From Candidatus Bathyarchaeota archaeon (lineage in GTDB: Archaea > Thermoproteota > Bathyarchaeia > TCS64), in assembly GCA_043826455.1 (NCBI GenBank), contig JBDRQD010000048.1, positions 32,001 through 96,000 on the forward strand: DNA of 64,000 nucleotides, read 5' to 3'. The position numbers were made by a program, and so were the translations under genes. This document shows positions 9,042 to 19,025 of this stretch, in pieces. The stretch's first letter is position 1; each line of letters opens with the position of its first letter. The notes under the pieces are model-generated. The model was not told where the DNA came from. It saw only the letters and a list, made by a program, of their open reading frames with translations, and did not search any database.

Positions 9042-10493
9042 ATGAACGAAGCTAAACGCACGGCCTTAAGCTGGCTCCAGGACAACGCCGCCGAAATGAA
9101 CCGGATGAGCGACCAGCTGTTCAAGTGGGCGGAGCCTGGGCTCAGAGAGTACAGGAGCAGCAAGCTGTTGGCCGACTTCCTAAAGAGCTACGGCTTCGAG
9201 GTGGACAGCGGCGTCAGCGGCATGCCCACGGCCTTCACCTCAGAGTGGGGCGAAGGCGGACCCGTCGTGGGCTTCTTCGCCGAGTACGACGCCACACCGG
9301 GCCACAGCCAAAGGCCTGTGCCTTACGAGGAGCCCGAGGTGTCCTACGGGCCCGGGTTCACGGACGCCCACAACATGCTGGGGGTGGCCAGCGTCATGGC
9401 CGCCCTGGCCCTGAAAAACGCCTCCGAGGAGCACGGCCTCCCTGTGAGGATCAGGCTCCTGGGGACGCCCGCCGAGAAGCTGTGCGTGGGCAAGCCCTAC
9501 ATGGCCCGGGACGGCTTCTTCGACGGCATGGATGCTCTATTGGCTTGGCACCCTGGGGGCCCGACCACGGTTCTCGGCGATGAGTGGCCCCGCACCTACA
9601 AGAGCGTCCTGTACAGCTTCAGGGTGGAGGCCGCCTCGGAGGGCCAGAGCGGCGCTGTCTCCTACCCTGGGGCCCTGGACGCGGCCGTTCTCATGTACGG
9701 CAACGTTAACATGATGAAGGAGCATATGCCTGCCCTCATGCGCCGCGGTGGCAGCGTCAACGAGTTCATGATGACGGGGGGCCAGTGCACTGTGGCTACC
9801 CCGGAGTTCAGCCAGCTGGTCTACGCCTGGAGGAACAGCAATCTGGCGGACCAGGAGGCCGTGGGCAGAGTCATCGACCGGTGCGCCCGGGGTGCCGCCC
9901 TGGTGGCCGACTGCGTCGTTGAGCCCAGGGTCCTGACGGCTGTCCGCACCGGGCTGCCAAACACCGTGATGAGGGACATGGTGTGGAGGAACCTCACCGA
10001 GATCGGGGCCCCCGCCTACACGGAGGAGGACAAGGAGTTCGCCAGGGCCATCCAGCGCACCCTGGGCGTCAAGCCCATGAAGGAGCCCCTCTACACGGAG
10101 ATCGTGGCCCCGGAGAAGGCGTACGGCGACTTCTACCCCGCCGACGACGTCAACGAGTTCACCTGGCACTGCCCAACGGCGCGCCTCTACGTCAGCAAGG
10201 CCCTGACCCCCGCCCCCGGCGTATCCTACCCGCGCTGGGCCTCCAGTGCCCTGTGCGGAGTCGGCGTCACCCACAGGATGGGGATGTGCGCGGCCCAGGT
10301 GCTCAGCGTGAGCGCCGTGGAGCTCCTCCTGAAGCCCCGGCTGCTGAAGGAGGCCAAGGCCGAGTTCCTGGAGCGTAAGAAGCTTCACGACGAGCCTCCT
10401 TTACTACCAAAGGACTTGAGGCCTCCCGTTGAGCTCAGGTGGCCCGAGTGGGTGGGCAGACCCGGGGATCAGTGGTGGATTCCTCCACCGTGA
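9042..10493 (+). CDS. M20-family amidohydrolase, AbgB-like
   Basis: GMPTAF, AEYDATPG, TDAHNMLG, GTPAEK, AWHP; overall AbgB architecture. Confidence 0.8.
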   Translation: MNEAKRTALSWLQDNAAEMNRMSDQLFKWAEPGLREYRSSKLLADFLKSYGFEVDSGVSGMPTAFTSEWGEGGPVVGFFAEYDATPGHSQRPVPYEEPEVSYGPGFTDAHNMLGVASVMAALALKNASEEHGLPVRIRLLGTPAEKLCVGKPYMARDGFFDGMDALLAWHPGGPTTVLGDEWPRTYKSVLYSFRVEAASEGQSGAVSYPGALDAAVLMYGNVNMMKEHMPALMRRGGSVNEFMMTGGQCTVATPEFSQLVYAWRNSNLADQEAVGRVIDRCARGAALVADCVVEPRVLTAVRTGLPNTVMRDMVWRNLTEIGAPAYTEEDKEFARAIQRTLGVKPMKEPLYTEIVAPEKAYGDFYPADDVNEFTWHCPTARLYVSKALTPAPGVSYPRWASSALCGVGVTHRMGMCAAQVLSVSAVELLLKPRLLKEAKAEFLERKKLHDEPPLLPKDLRPPVELRWPEWVGRPGDQWWIPPP

Positions 10494-10610
10494 TCCCTTT
10501 TCACCTCTTTTTTATGGTGTACGGTAGGTACTCTTTATATTACGGAAGGAATTTCGTCGCAAGTACTTTATAGAAAAAAGGGAACCTTGTAACCACTCAA
10601 GGTGTGTTTA

Positions 10611-11768
10611 ATGTCAAGCGATAACACTAAGCTGTACGCCGGAGTAGTCATCGCCCTCATACTGGGGGCGGCAGTGGGCTGGTTCGCCAAGCCCGCACCA
10701 CCAACTGGAGATACGGTGCCTAAGGCAACGTACGACGCGTTACAAGCGCAGCTCACTCAGACGCAGAGTCAACTCACGCAGAAGCAGAGCCAGCTGGCGC
10801 AGGCTCAGGCCCAGATAGCTGAGCTGAGCAAGCCGCCGAAGGTTGGCATCGTATTCGCCACAGGCGGCCTCGGGGATAAGTCCTTCAACGACATCAGCAT
10901 GGCTGGTGCCCAGAGAGCCTATGACAACCTGGGAGTAGAGTTCGACTACGTGGAGCCCACGGCCATCGCCGAGTACGAGGGCTTCCAGAGGGACTTCGCC
11001 ATGTCGGGTGAGTACATCCTCATAGTCTGCATAGGCTTCGACCAGGCTGACGCGCTGACCGTGGTCGCCTCCGAGTACCCTGACCAGAACTTCGCCCTTG
11101 TGGACATGGTGGTGGACAACGCCAACGTGGCCAGCCTCACCTTCAGGGCCAACGAGGGCAGTTTCCTCACGGGGGTCGTCGCCGGCCTCACCACCACCAC
11201 GGATAAGGTGGGCTTCGTGGGCGGCATGGACATCCCCCTCATCAGGGACTTCTACGTGGGCTACAAGGCGGGCGCCGAGTGGGCCAAGCCGGGTGTCCAG
11301 GTCCTTGAACCAGTCTTCGTCGGCAACTGGGCCGACCCCACCAAAGGGAAGGAGCTGGCAGTGGGCCTCTGGGAGCTGGGCGCCGACTGCATCTTCTCAG
11401 CCGCCGGCAAGAGCGGCCTAGGTGCCCTTGAGGCGTGCGACGAGAAGAACATCAACGGGTTCGGCGTCGACGCCTGCCAGTGCTACCTCAACGACAACAT
11501 GGTGGCCTCCATGACCAAGCGGGTCGACGAGGCCGTCTACCAGATGATCCTGAACGCCCTCGTGGACAAGTTCCAGGGAGGCTTCTACAGCGGCGGCCTG
11601 TCCGAGGGATGGGTTGGCATGTGCCAGCTTCCCGACGAGAAGGCCCTCTGGGAGGAGACCTTCGACTTCACCCACAAGGATCTACCCGACACGGTCATAA
11701 ACAAGGTCCTGGAAGCCAAGAGCAAGATCATCTCAGGCGACATCTCTGTCCCCAGCGGGTACGGCTAA
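10611..11768 (+). CDS. BMP/PnrA-like nucleoside ABC substrate-binding protein
   Basis: N-terminal TM anchor, Gln-rich coiled-coil linker, GGLGDKSFN, GFVGGM, GVD and KRVD motifs. Confidence 0.9.
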   Translation: MSSDNTKLYAGVVIALILGAAVGWFAKPAPPTGDTVPKATYDALQAQLTQTQSQLTQKQSQLAQAQAQIAELSKPPKVGIVFATGGLGDKSFNDISMAGAQRAYDNLGVEFDYVEPTAIAEYEGFQRDFAMSGEYILIVCIGFDQADALTVVASEYPDQNFALVDMVVDNANVASLTFRANEGSFLTGVVAGLTTTTDKVGFVGGMDIPLIRDFYVGYKAGAEWAKPGVQVLEPVFVGNWADPTKGKELAVGLWELGADCIFSAAGKSGLGALEACDEKNINGFGVDACQCYLNDNMVASMTKRVDEAVYQMILNALVDKFQGGFYSGGLSEGWVGMCQLPDEKALWEETFDFTHKDLPDTVINKVLEAKSKIISGDISVPSGYG

Positions 11769-11812
11769 GGAAAACCCTAAATCCCCTCCTCTTACCCTTT
11801 TTTCCATCACCC

Positions 11813-13327
11813 ATGACCCCAGCAATCCAGATGCAGGGCATCACCAAGTCCTTCCCAGGGGTACTAGCCAACGACCACATAGACTTCTCCGTGGAGAAGG
11901 GGGAGATACATGGACTGCTGGGGGAGAACGGCGCAGGCAAGACCGTCCTCATGAGCATCCTGTACGGTCTGTACCGCCCGGATGAGGGCAGCATAGCGGT
12001 GGACGGCCGGGAGGTACGGATGGATAGCCCGGGCCACGCCATGAGGCTCGGCATAGGGATGGTGCACCAGCACTTCATGTTGGTGCCTAGCCTCACCGTC
12101 CTTGAGAACATAACCCTGGGCCGGGAGCCCGTGAGGAACGGGTTCCTCCTGGACAGGAAGCGCATGCACCGGGACGCCAAAGAGTTCTGCGACCGGTACA
12201 AGCTCGACGTGGACCTCACCGCCCCAGTGTACACGCTGCCCGTGGGGGTGCAGCAGAAAGTGGAGATACTGAAGGCCCTCTACAGGGGCGCCGATGTCCT
12301 CATCCTGGACGAGCCCACCGCGGTGCTTACACCCATAGAGGCCGAGGAGCTGTTCGGCGCCGTTAGGGCGCTGAAGGCTGAGGGGAAGACGGTGATCTTC
12401 ATCAGCCACAAGCTCAGGGAGGTGCTCGCCATCTGCGACAGGATAACGGTGCTGAAACGGGGCAGGGTGGTGGACACCGTTGCCGCCGAAGCCTCCACCG
12501 AGGAAAGCCTGGCCCAGATGATGGTGGGCAGGAAGATCGTCTACGAGTTCCAGAAGGGGGATGCCGCCGGCCAGAAGCCCGTGCTTACGGTTAGTGGGTT
12601 AAAGGCCCTCAGCGACAGAGGCATCCCCGCCCTCAAAGAGATCGACTTGGAGGTCCGCAGCCACGAGATACTGGGCCTCGCAGGCGTGGAGGGGAACGGC
12701 CAGACCGAGCTGGTGGAGGCCTTGACGGGTCTCAGGGAGGCCGTTGAGGGCACAGTTATCCTAAACGGTGAGGACATCACGAAGGCGACTCCCCTGAAGA
12801 GGATAAGGATGGGGGTAGCCCACATCCCCGAGGACAGGTACAAGCGGGGCGTGGTCCCTGACTTCTCCGTTATGGAGAACCTCATCATGGGCGGCCAGAG
12901 GGATAGGTTCGCCAGGAACAGCGTCGCCATCGACTTCCGTGAGGCCTCCAGCTTCTCCAATGAGATGATGAGGGACTACCAGATACAGGCCCCGGGGAAG
13001 GATACCCCCGTGATGTACCTGTCGGGCGGTAACCAGCAGAGGGTGGTGGTGGCCAGGGAGTTCAGCAGGAACCCGAGGCTTGTGGTGGCGGCCCAGCCCA
13101 CTAGGGGCCTGGACGTTGGGGCCACCGAGTACGTCCGCGGCAAGCTGGCGGAGATGCGGGACAACGGGGCAGCCGTGCTGCTCATATCCGCGGACCTGGA
13201 CGAGATCTGGGCCCTCAGCAACAGGATCGCGGTCATCTACGAGGGCAAGATCGTGGCGGTGAAACCCGTGGGCGAGACCACGGAGCAGGAGATCGGGTTG
13301 CTGATGGCGGGGGGCAGGAATGATTGA
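11813..13327 (+). CDS. Nucleoside/sugar (CUT2) ABC ATP-binding protein
   Basis: Tandem NBDs: GENGAGKT, GMVHQHF, LILDEPT, LSGGNQQ, QPTRGLD; start placed at ATG 11813. Confidence 0.92.
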   Translation: MTPAIQMQGITKSFPGVLANDHIDFSVEKGEIHGLLGENGAGKTVLMSILYGLYRPDEGSIAVDGREVRMDSPGHAMRLGIGMVHQHFMLVPSLTVLENITLGREPVRNGFLLDRKRMHRDAKEFCDRYKLDVDLTAPVYTLPVGVQQKVEILKALYRGADVLILDEPTAVLTPIEAEELFGAVRALKAEGKTVIFISHKLREVLAICDRITVLKRGRVVDTVAAEASTEESLAQMMVGRKIVYEFQKGDAAGQKPVLTVSGLKALSDRGIPALKEIDLEVRSHEILGLAGVEGNGQTELVEALTGLREAVEGTVILNGEDITKATPLKRIRMGVAHIPEDRYKRGVVPDFSVMENLIMGGQRDRFARNSVAIDFREASSFSNEMMRDYQIQAPGKDTPVMYLSGGNQQRVVVAREFSRNPRLVVAAQPTRGLDVGATEYVRGKLAEMRDNGAAVLLISADLDEIWALSNRIAVIYEGKIVAVKPVGETTEQEIGLLMAGGRND

Positions 13328-14390
13328 GAGGCTGACAGGGGCCGCCAGAAAGACGCTGGCGGACGTGAGGCGGGGCTCAGAGGGTGCCCTGTTCCAGGTG
13401 GCGGCGATCCTGTTGGCGTTCATCGTGGGTGCCCTGGTTCTCTACGCATCCGGCTACGACCCAGTCTTAGCCTACGCTGCCATGTTTAAGGGGGCCTTCG
13501 GCGACATGTACGGCGTAGGCCAGACCCTGACCCAGGCGACGCCCATCATATTCACGTCCCTCGCCTTCCTCATATCCAGCAAGGCCGGCCTGTTCAACAT
13601 TGGCGCCGAGGGCCAGTTCCTAGTGGGGGCTTTCACATCCTCCTTAGTCGGGATATATTTAGCGGGGCTGCCCTGGATATTGCACATCCCCCTGGCGCTT
13701 CTGGCGGGGGCCATGGCCGGGGGCGCCTGGGGGCTCATCGCCGCCGTCCTCAAGGCTCGCTTCAACGCCCACGAAGTCATAACCACAATGATGCTGAGCT
13801 ACGTTGCAGCGTACCTGACCGGGTACATGGTGAACTATCCCTTCAAGGCCCCCGGATGGGTCAGCCAGACAGTCAAGATCGCCCCGTCCGCTGAACTCCC
13901 TCGTATACTACCTCCAACCCAGCTGTCGGCCGGCATCCTAGTCGCCCTAGCCCTGGTGGCATCCACTACATACTTGCTCAGGAAAACCATCCTGGGCTTC
14001 GAGCTACGCGCCATTGGACTGAACCCTTCGGCGGCTGAGAGCGCCGGAATAAGCATCAACCGGGGCATAATGGTGGCCATGTTCCTCAGCGGAGCCATGG
14101 CGGGCCTGGGCGGAGCCTGCGAGATCCTGGGGGTCCACAGGCGGTTCATCGAGGGCTTCTCTCCAGGCTACGGGTGGGACGGCCTGGCCGTGGCCCTAGT
14201 CGGCGGCCTGGACCCCGTGGGCTCGCTCCTAGCATCCATCCTGTTCGGGGCGCTGAGGAGCGGCGGAATGATAATGACCCGGGCCACCAAGGTGCCCCTG
14301 GATATAGTGATAATCCTACAAGCCCTTGTCATCCTGTTCGTGGCCGCCCCCATGTTCATCCGTTCCCTGCTCAAGAGGAGGAGTAGATGA
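13320..14390 (+). CDS. Nucleoside ABC permease (NupB-like)
   Basis: GLFNIGAEGQ, EVITTMML, GYGWDGLAVAL. Confidence 0.9.
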   Translation: MIERLTGAARKTLADVRRGSEGALFQVAAILLAFIVGALVLYASGYDPVLAYAAMFKGAFGDMYGVGQTLTQATPIIFTSLAFLISSKAGLFNIGAEGQFLVGAFTSSLVGIYLAGLPWILHIPLALLAGAMAGGAWGLIAAVLKARFNAHEVITTMMLSYVAAYLTGYMVNYPFKAPGWVSQTVKIAPSAELPRILPPTQLSAGILVALALVASTTYLLRKTILGFELRAIGLNPSAAESAGISINRGIMVAMFLSGAMAGLGGACEILGVHRRFIEGFSPGYGWDGLAVALVGGLDPVGSLLASILFGALRSGGMIMTRATKVPLDIVIILQALVILFVAAPMFIRSLLKRRSR

Positions 14391-15316
14391 TGGTAAACCT
14401 GCTTGACGTCATCAGTGTGGGTCTCTTCGCGGCGGCCATCCGCATGGCCACCCCGATAGTCTATGCCGCCCTGGGGGGCATGTTCAGCGAGAGGGTGGGC
14501 GTCGTCAACATAGGGATGGAGGGCATGATGCTCACCAGCGCCCTGGGCGGCGTCACCGTCAGCTACTACACGGGGAACCCGTGGCTAGGCGTCGCAGCCG
14601 CAGTGGCTACTGGAGGCCTCCTAGGCCTCATCCACGCCGTGGTGACAGTGAAGTACGCCGGCAACCAGATCGTGAGCGGCACGGGCCTCAACATCCTAGC
14701 CATGGGGTTCACGGCCTACATGAGCCAGATCCTGTGGGGCTCCAGGGGCGCCTCTGAGAGGGTGGCCGGCATCAAGGACATAACCATACCCATTCTGAGC
14801 GATGTGCCCGTCATCGGCCCCATCATTGGCACCCACTCGCCTCTTGTCTACCTCATGCCCGTGGTCACCATCCTATGCTACGTGGTCCTCTTCAGGACGC
14901 CTCTGGGGCTCCACATAAGGGCCGTGGGTGAGCACCCCACCGCGGCGGAGACGGCGGGCATCGACGTCGTCAAGATAAAGTACATGGGGGTCATAGTCAG
15001 CGGGATGCTGGCGGGCCTCGGCGGCGCCTTCCTCAGCCTCAGCCACCTTAACCTCTTCGCCCGGGGCATGACGGGAGGCCGCGGCTTCATAGCGTTGGCC
15101 GCCCTCATCTTCGGCAAGTGGATGCCCTTCGGCGTCCTGGGGGCGGGCCTCCTCTTCGGTTTCGCTGACGCCCTACAGATGCGGCTGCAGAGCCTGGGCA
15201 TCCTGCCGCCTCAGATAATCCTCATGATCCCCTACGTCTTGACGGTGGCCATCCTGGCGGGGATGGTGGGCAGGGCGAGGCCACCCAGTGACTACAAACC
15301 CTACAAGAGGGAGTAG
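14387..15316 (+). CDS. Nucleoside ABC permease (NupC-like)
   Basis: SERVGVVNIGMEG, RAVGEHP, GRGFIALAALIFG, IPYVLT. Confidence 0.9.
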   Translation: MMVNLLDVISVGLFAAAIRMATPIVYAALGGMFSERVGVVNIGMEGMMLTSALGGVTVSYYTGNPWLGVAAAVATGGLLGLIHAVVTVKYAGNQIVSGTGLNILAMGFTAYMSQILWGSRGASERVAGIKDITIPILSDVPVIGPIIGTHSPLVYLMPVVTILCYVVLFRTPLGLHIRAVGEHPTAAETAGIDVVKIKYMGVIVSGMLAGLGGAFLSLSHLNLFARGMTGGRGFIALAALIFGKWMPFGVLGAGLLFGFADALQMRLQSLGILPPQIILMIPYVLTVAILAGMVGRARPPSDYKPYKRE

Positions 15317-16066
15317 CTAGCCCTCATCCAGCATCTGTATGGCTCTGACGGCTACCCTGATCTCGTCCTCTATGCTCCTCTGGACCCTGTCCGCGAGCTC
15401 CCCGCTCCTCTCCCCGGGCTCGAACTCGCCTTTGCCGGTGCCTTTGAAGATGTTGCCGTCCACCGTGCATATGGCTCCGGCTCGGACGCCTCTGACGGAG
15501 GCCAGGGTGAACATGAGGCTGCTCTCCATCTCTATGGCCAGCACGTTGGCCTCGCCGAATTTTCTCAGCACCTCGTCGTTGCCCCCGTAGAAGGCGTCGC
15601 TGCTGATGATGATCCCCGGGTGAACCTTCACCTTCAGCTCCTCGGCTGCCCCTAGGAGGGCGTTCACCACCTGGTAGCTCGCTACGGCGGGGTACTCCAG
15701 AGGCACATAGGTTCTGGAGGTGCCCTCCCACCTGACCGCGCCGGTGGCCACCACTATGTCGCCGCTATCCAGGCTGGGTACCAGGGCGCCGATGGTCCCT
15801 ACCCTGATGAAGGTGTCAGCCCCAATCTTCATGAGCTCCTCCATGGCTATGGCGGTGGACGGGCACCCTATCCCGGTTGAGCACGCAGAGATTTCCACGC
15901 CACCAGCCTTGCCAGTGTAGGTCACGTAGCCGCGGTACGACGCCACCTTACGGGCCTCATCGAAGAAGCCCGCGATCCTCTCGACACGGTTAGGGTCCCC
16001 GGGCATGAGCACGTACCGCGCGACGTCGCCGACCCCGCACATTATGTGGGGCTGAATGCGCTTCAT
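15317..16066 (-). CDS. udp: Uridine/nucleoside phosphorylase (NP-I family)
   Basis: MPGDPNR, STGIGCPS, IRVGT, SDAFY, IEME. Confidence 0.8.
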   Translation of the reverse strand: MKRIQPHIMCGVGDVARYVLMPGDPNRVERIAGFFDEARKVASYRGYVTYTGKAGGVEISACSTGIGCPSTAIAMEELMKIGADTFIRVGTIGALVPSLDSGDIVVATGAVRWEGTSRTYVPLEYPAVASYQVVNALLGAAEELKVKVHPGIIISSDAFYGGNDEVLRKFGEANVLAIEMESSLMFTLASVRGVRAGAICTVDGNIFKGTGKGEFEPGERSGELADRVQRSIEDEIRVAVRAIQMLDEG

Positions 16067-16168
16067 ACCTGAAGCCTCGGTTTCAACCTATAAAACATCA
16101 ACTATGAGGCTGCTCAGCCTCTGGAATGGGTTTAAAGGTAGGCTCCACACCCCTATCCGTGATTCCAA

Positions 16169-17137
16169 GTGAAGATCATTGAAGGCGTGCACCAGCTGGA
16201 GATACCCATGGAGAGGAACCCCCTGGGTAAGACCTTCAGCTACCTGCTGACAGAGTCCAAGACCTTGATAGACACGGGGGTGCCCACAGATTACGCCTAC
16301 AAGGGCCTCCAGAGGCAGCTGGAGGAGCACAGCCTCAAGCCCCAGGACATTGAGCGGGTCATCATAACGCATCTGCACAACGACCACATCGGACTCGCGC
16401 AGACGCTCCAGGAGCACGGTGCTGAGCTGGTTGCCAGCAGGGTCGCCGCGGAGAAGCAGGCCCAGGTGCAGGAGGAGTACAGGAACCTCTACGAGCTCAC
16501 CGTGGAGGAGACCCGGCTCTTCGGGGGCGCAGAGTACCTGAACTTCCTAGCCCGATTCGTGTACGCCTTTAGGGACGTCCCCCGGCCCCTCAAAATCGAC
16601 GGGACCCTGGAGGACGGTGAAACCTTCAGCCTGGATGGGTTCAGTTTCAAGGTGATCTGGACTCCGGGCCACAGCCATGAACATATAGTGCTATACGATG
16701 AGGCGGACAGGCTTCTCTTCAGCGGCGACCATGTTCTACCTAAGATCACCAGCCACGTGGCCCTCCACAGCTACGAGCACCGGGACCCCCTGGGCGAGTA
16801 CCTGGACAGCCTGGAGAAGGTGAAGGACCTAGACGTGGAGACGGTGCTGCCGGGCCACGAGTGGGCCTTCCATAACCTCAAGGAGCGCGTAGAGCAGCTC
16901 CGCTCCCACCACAGCAGGCGCCTCCAGGAGATGAGGGACACCCTCCAGGACGGCGAGAGGACCGTCTACCAGGTGGGCAGCAGAGTCCACTGGGACAGCC
17001 GTCCATGGCCCGAGATGAGCTTCTGGACCAAACGCATGGCCGCCACCGAGACCTACGCCCACCTAGTGTACCTGAGAAACAGAGGCGAGGTCAAAGAGGA
17101 GAAAAAGGGCGACACCCTGTACTACAGTTTAACTTGA
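16169..17137 (+). CDS. MBL-fold metallo-hydrolase with C-terminal wHTH-like tail
   Basis: IDTG, THLHNDHIG, TPGHS, SGDH, LPGH. Confidence 0.9.
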   Translation: MKIIEGVHQLEIPMERNPLGKTFSYLLTESKTLIDTGVPTDYAYKGLQRQLEEHSLKPQDIERVIITHLHNDHIGLAQTLQEHGAELVASRVAAEKQAQVQEEYRNLYELTVEETRLFGGAEYLNFLARFVYAFRDVPRPLKIDGTLEDGETFSLDGFSFKVIWTPGHSHEHIVLYDEADRLLFSGDHVLPKITSHVALHSYEHRDPLGEYLDSLEKVKDLDVETVLPGHEWAFHNLKERVEQLRSHHSRRLQEMRDTLQDGERTVYQVGSRVHWDSRPWPEMSFWTKRMAATETYAHLVYLRNRGEVKEEKKGDTLYYSLT

Positions 17138-17147
17138 GTGAAGGGGT

Positions 17148-17182
17148 GCCCCCTCCCCTCCCCAGGGAGGGGGCGGTTTTTT
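17148..17182. terminator. GC hairpin plus T-tract between convergent genes
   Basis: Perfect 10-bp stem GCCCCCTCCC/GGGAGGGGGC with 7-nt loop, followed by GGTTTTTT. Confidence 0.5.
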
Positions 17183-17205
17183 GGGGGAGTTATGGGGAGA
17201 GTGAT

Positions 17206-17868
17206 TCACCGCCAGACCTTGATGCCGCGCTCGTGGAGGTACTGGGCGGCCAGGTCCGCGATGTCTGGGCCCTTGAAGGGTATCTTCAGCTCCCTCACCT
17301 GGAGCATGATGTCCCTGTAGTTGATCTCCAGGGGTATACCCTTCTCGGCGAACTCGTCAAGGATGGTCTGGGCTACTTCCTCGGCCACCCTGAACTTGGG
17401 GCTCAGCATCCTGTAGTGGTGCTTCAGGGCGGTGCTGACCTCCTCCGGGGTGGCGCTGTCTATGGCCCACACCGTTGGCCGGGGGCCACCCTTGCTGCGC
17501 TTCACCTTGCTCACCTTCAGGGCGGGCACCACGACCCCCATGGCGCGGAGTCTCTTCAGGGCCCTGTATACGGTGGCCTCGGGCATGTTGAGCTCGCACT
17601 GGAGAACCCAGGCAGTGCTCGCGCCGTGGAGGCAGAAGTACAGGAACGCCTCGCTGACCGCGCTGCTGCTGAAGATCTTCTCGCTGAAGCTCATGAGCTC
17701 CTGGATATTCTTCAGGGTCGTGGCCAGGTCGTTCTTCTCGTTTAAGAGTAACAATTTCCGGAAAACATCTACATATTTGGCGAAGTTCGCCTCTCTCCCG
17801 CTGGGTACTCGGACCGAGCGTTTTTTATTCTTGGAGAGTGTCTTATCTAGGGCTACCGTGTTTGACAC
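17206..17868 (-). CDS. Winged-helix DNA-binding protein
   Basis: ELNMPEATVYRALKRLRAMGVV...GGPRPTVW wHTH pattern; start codon uncertain. Confidence 0.65.
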   Translation of the reverse strand: MSNTVALDKTLSKNKKRSVRVPSGREANFAKYVDVFRKLLLLNEKNDLATTLKNIQELMSFSEKIFSSSAVSEAFLYFCLHGASTAWVLQCELNMPEATVYRALKRLRAMGVVVPALKVSKVKRSKGGPRPTVWAIDSATPEEVSTALKHHYRMLSPKFRVAEEVAQTILDEFAEKGIPLEINYRDIMLQVRELKIPFKGPDIADLAAQYLHERGIKVWR

Positions 17869-17940
17869 TTACATCTAACTCCGGACTCCCCACCCGGGGC
17901 TAAAATGTAAACAGCCCCGATAAGTTTATAAGTATACTTG

Positions 17941-17988
17941 TTAACAAGTAAACAAGTTAACAAATAAACAGGTGCAACAGTAAACATG
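17941..17988 (+). repeat. Six tandem 8-bp units, consensus T(T/A)AACA(A/G)G
   Basis: TTAACAAG TAAACAAG TTAACAAA TAAACAGG TGCAACAG TAAACATG; the last unit contains the start codon of the downstream gene. Confidence 0.8.
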
Positions 17989-18429
17989 CCGCGTAAAACC
18001 GTCGCAATAAGGGGCCTGAACACGGATTTGTACAACGAGGTCTTCTCCATGGCCAAGAAGGACGGTAAGAACGTGGCCGACGTCGTCAACAACGCCCTCG
18101 AGGCCTTCATAAACGGTGAGGGTGATGACCCCGACGCCACCGTCAGCCTTGGTCAAGCATCTAACTCCGGACCAGAATTTGTATTGACCATCGACGACGA
18201 CGGCGAGGTGAGCCTTTCTAAGGAGGACATCAAGGAGATCGCCTCCGAGATGGGTCCCTTCGCCATCGAGAGCAACGGTAGCCTGGTTTTTGAGAAGGAC
18301 GTCGACAAGAACGCATTGCAGTGCATCAGCAGAATCACTGTGAAGTCGGGGACCGTCAAGGTCCCCAAGTCGGCCTACGCCCAATTCCTAATAAAGACCA
18401 AGATCCAAGGAAAACTCGACAAGTATTGA
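17986..18429 (+). CDS. Putative ribbon-helix-helix protein with beta-rich C-terminal domain
   Basis: KTVAIRGL (beta strand), then NTDLYNEVFSMAKKDG and NVADVVNNALEAF (two helices). Confidence 0.65.
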   Translation: MPRKTVAIRGLNTDLYNEVFSMAKKDGKNVADVVNNALEAFINGEGDDPDATVSLGQASNSGPEFVLTIDDDGEVSLSKEDIKEIASEMGPFAIESNGSLVFEKDVDKNALQCISRITVKSGTVKVPKSAYAQFLIKTKIQGKLDKY

Positions 18430-19025
18430 GACCCCATTATACGGTAGCGGGGGTCGAAGACGGCAGCTTCGAGGCTTTCCGCAGGGGCTCAGCGGATGCT
18501 GGCCAGTACACCTTACTTTGTTTAACAGTGATGCGGGGCTCTGTTATACAGGATGTGCGGCTCCGCAGGATACTTGTGGATGGGCTGGACGCCACGGATG
18601 CTTTGTTAAACATGTTATCGGGGCTGGATGTGGACGCCATCATTCTTGGAGGCGTCACCTTCGGGGGCTTCAACGTGGCAGATGTTGAACAAATACACCG
18701 CGCAACAGACACCCCTATAATAGTTTTCAGCACGGAGCGCCCCGACGTGGAGGCAACCCTTGGCGCTCTCAGTAAACATTTCAGTGACTGGCGTGAGCGG
18801 TGGAGGCGCTACGAGGCCCTGGGCCCGCTCCACAGTTTGAGGATGGGCGACTGGCCTGAAGTGTTCTACGAGGCTGTGGGTTGTTCAGCGGAGCTGGCCG
18901 AGAAGATCATTAGAGACCAAGCCTTAACCTCCAGGACCCCTGAGGCGCTCCGTGTGGCTAATATGGTTGCAAAGGGTCTCAGTTTAGTCGTTCAAGGTCT
19001 AGAGGTATGTGCTGATGGGTCATGA
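18426..19025 (+). CDS. DUF99/UPF0215 family protein (EndoV-like fold)
   Basis: AGVEDGSF, VDGLDAT, GGVTFGGFNV, RTPEALRVA; TTG start overlaps the upstream TGA. Confidence 0.85.
   Translation: MRPHYTVAGVEDGSFEAFRRGSADAGQYTLLCLTVMRGSVIQDVRLRRILVDGLDATDALLNMLSGLDVDAIILGGVTFGGFNVADVEQIHRATDTPIIVFSTERPDVEATLGALSKHFSDWRERWRRYEALGPLHSLRMGDWPEVFYEAVGCSAELAEKIIRDQALTSRTPEALRVANMVAKGLSLVVQGLEVCADGS

Noticed and set aside
17941..17988. CRISPR array or CRISPR-like repeats
   Set aside because: Units are 8 bp without spacers; no cas genes or repeat-spacer pattern seen in the window.
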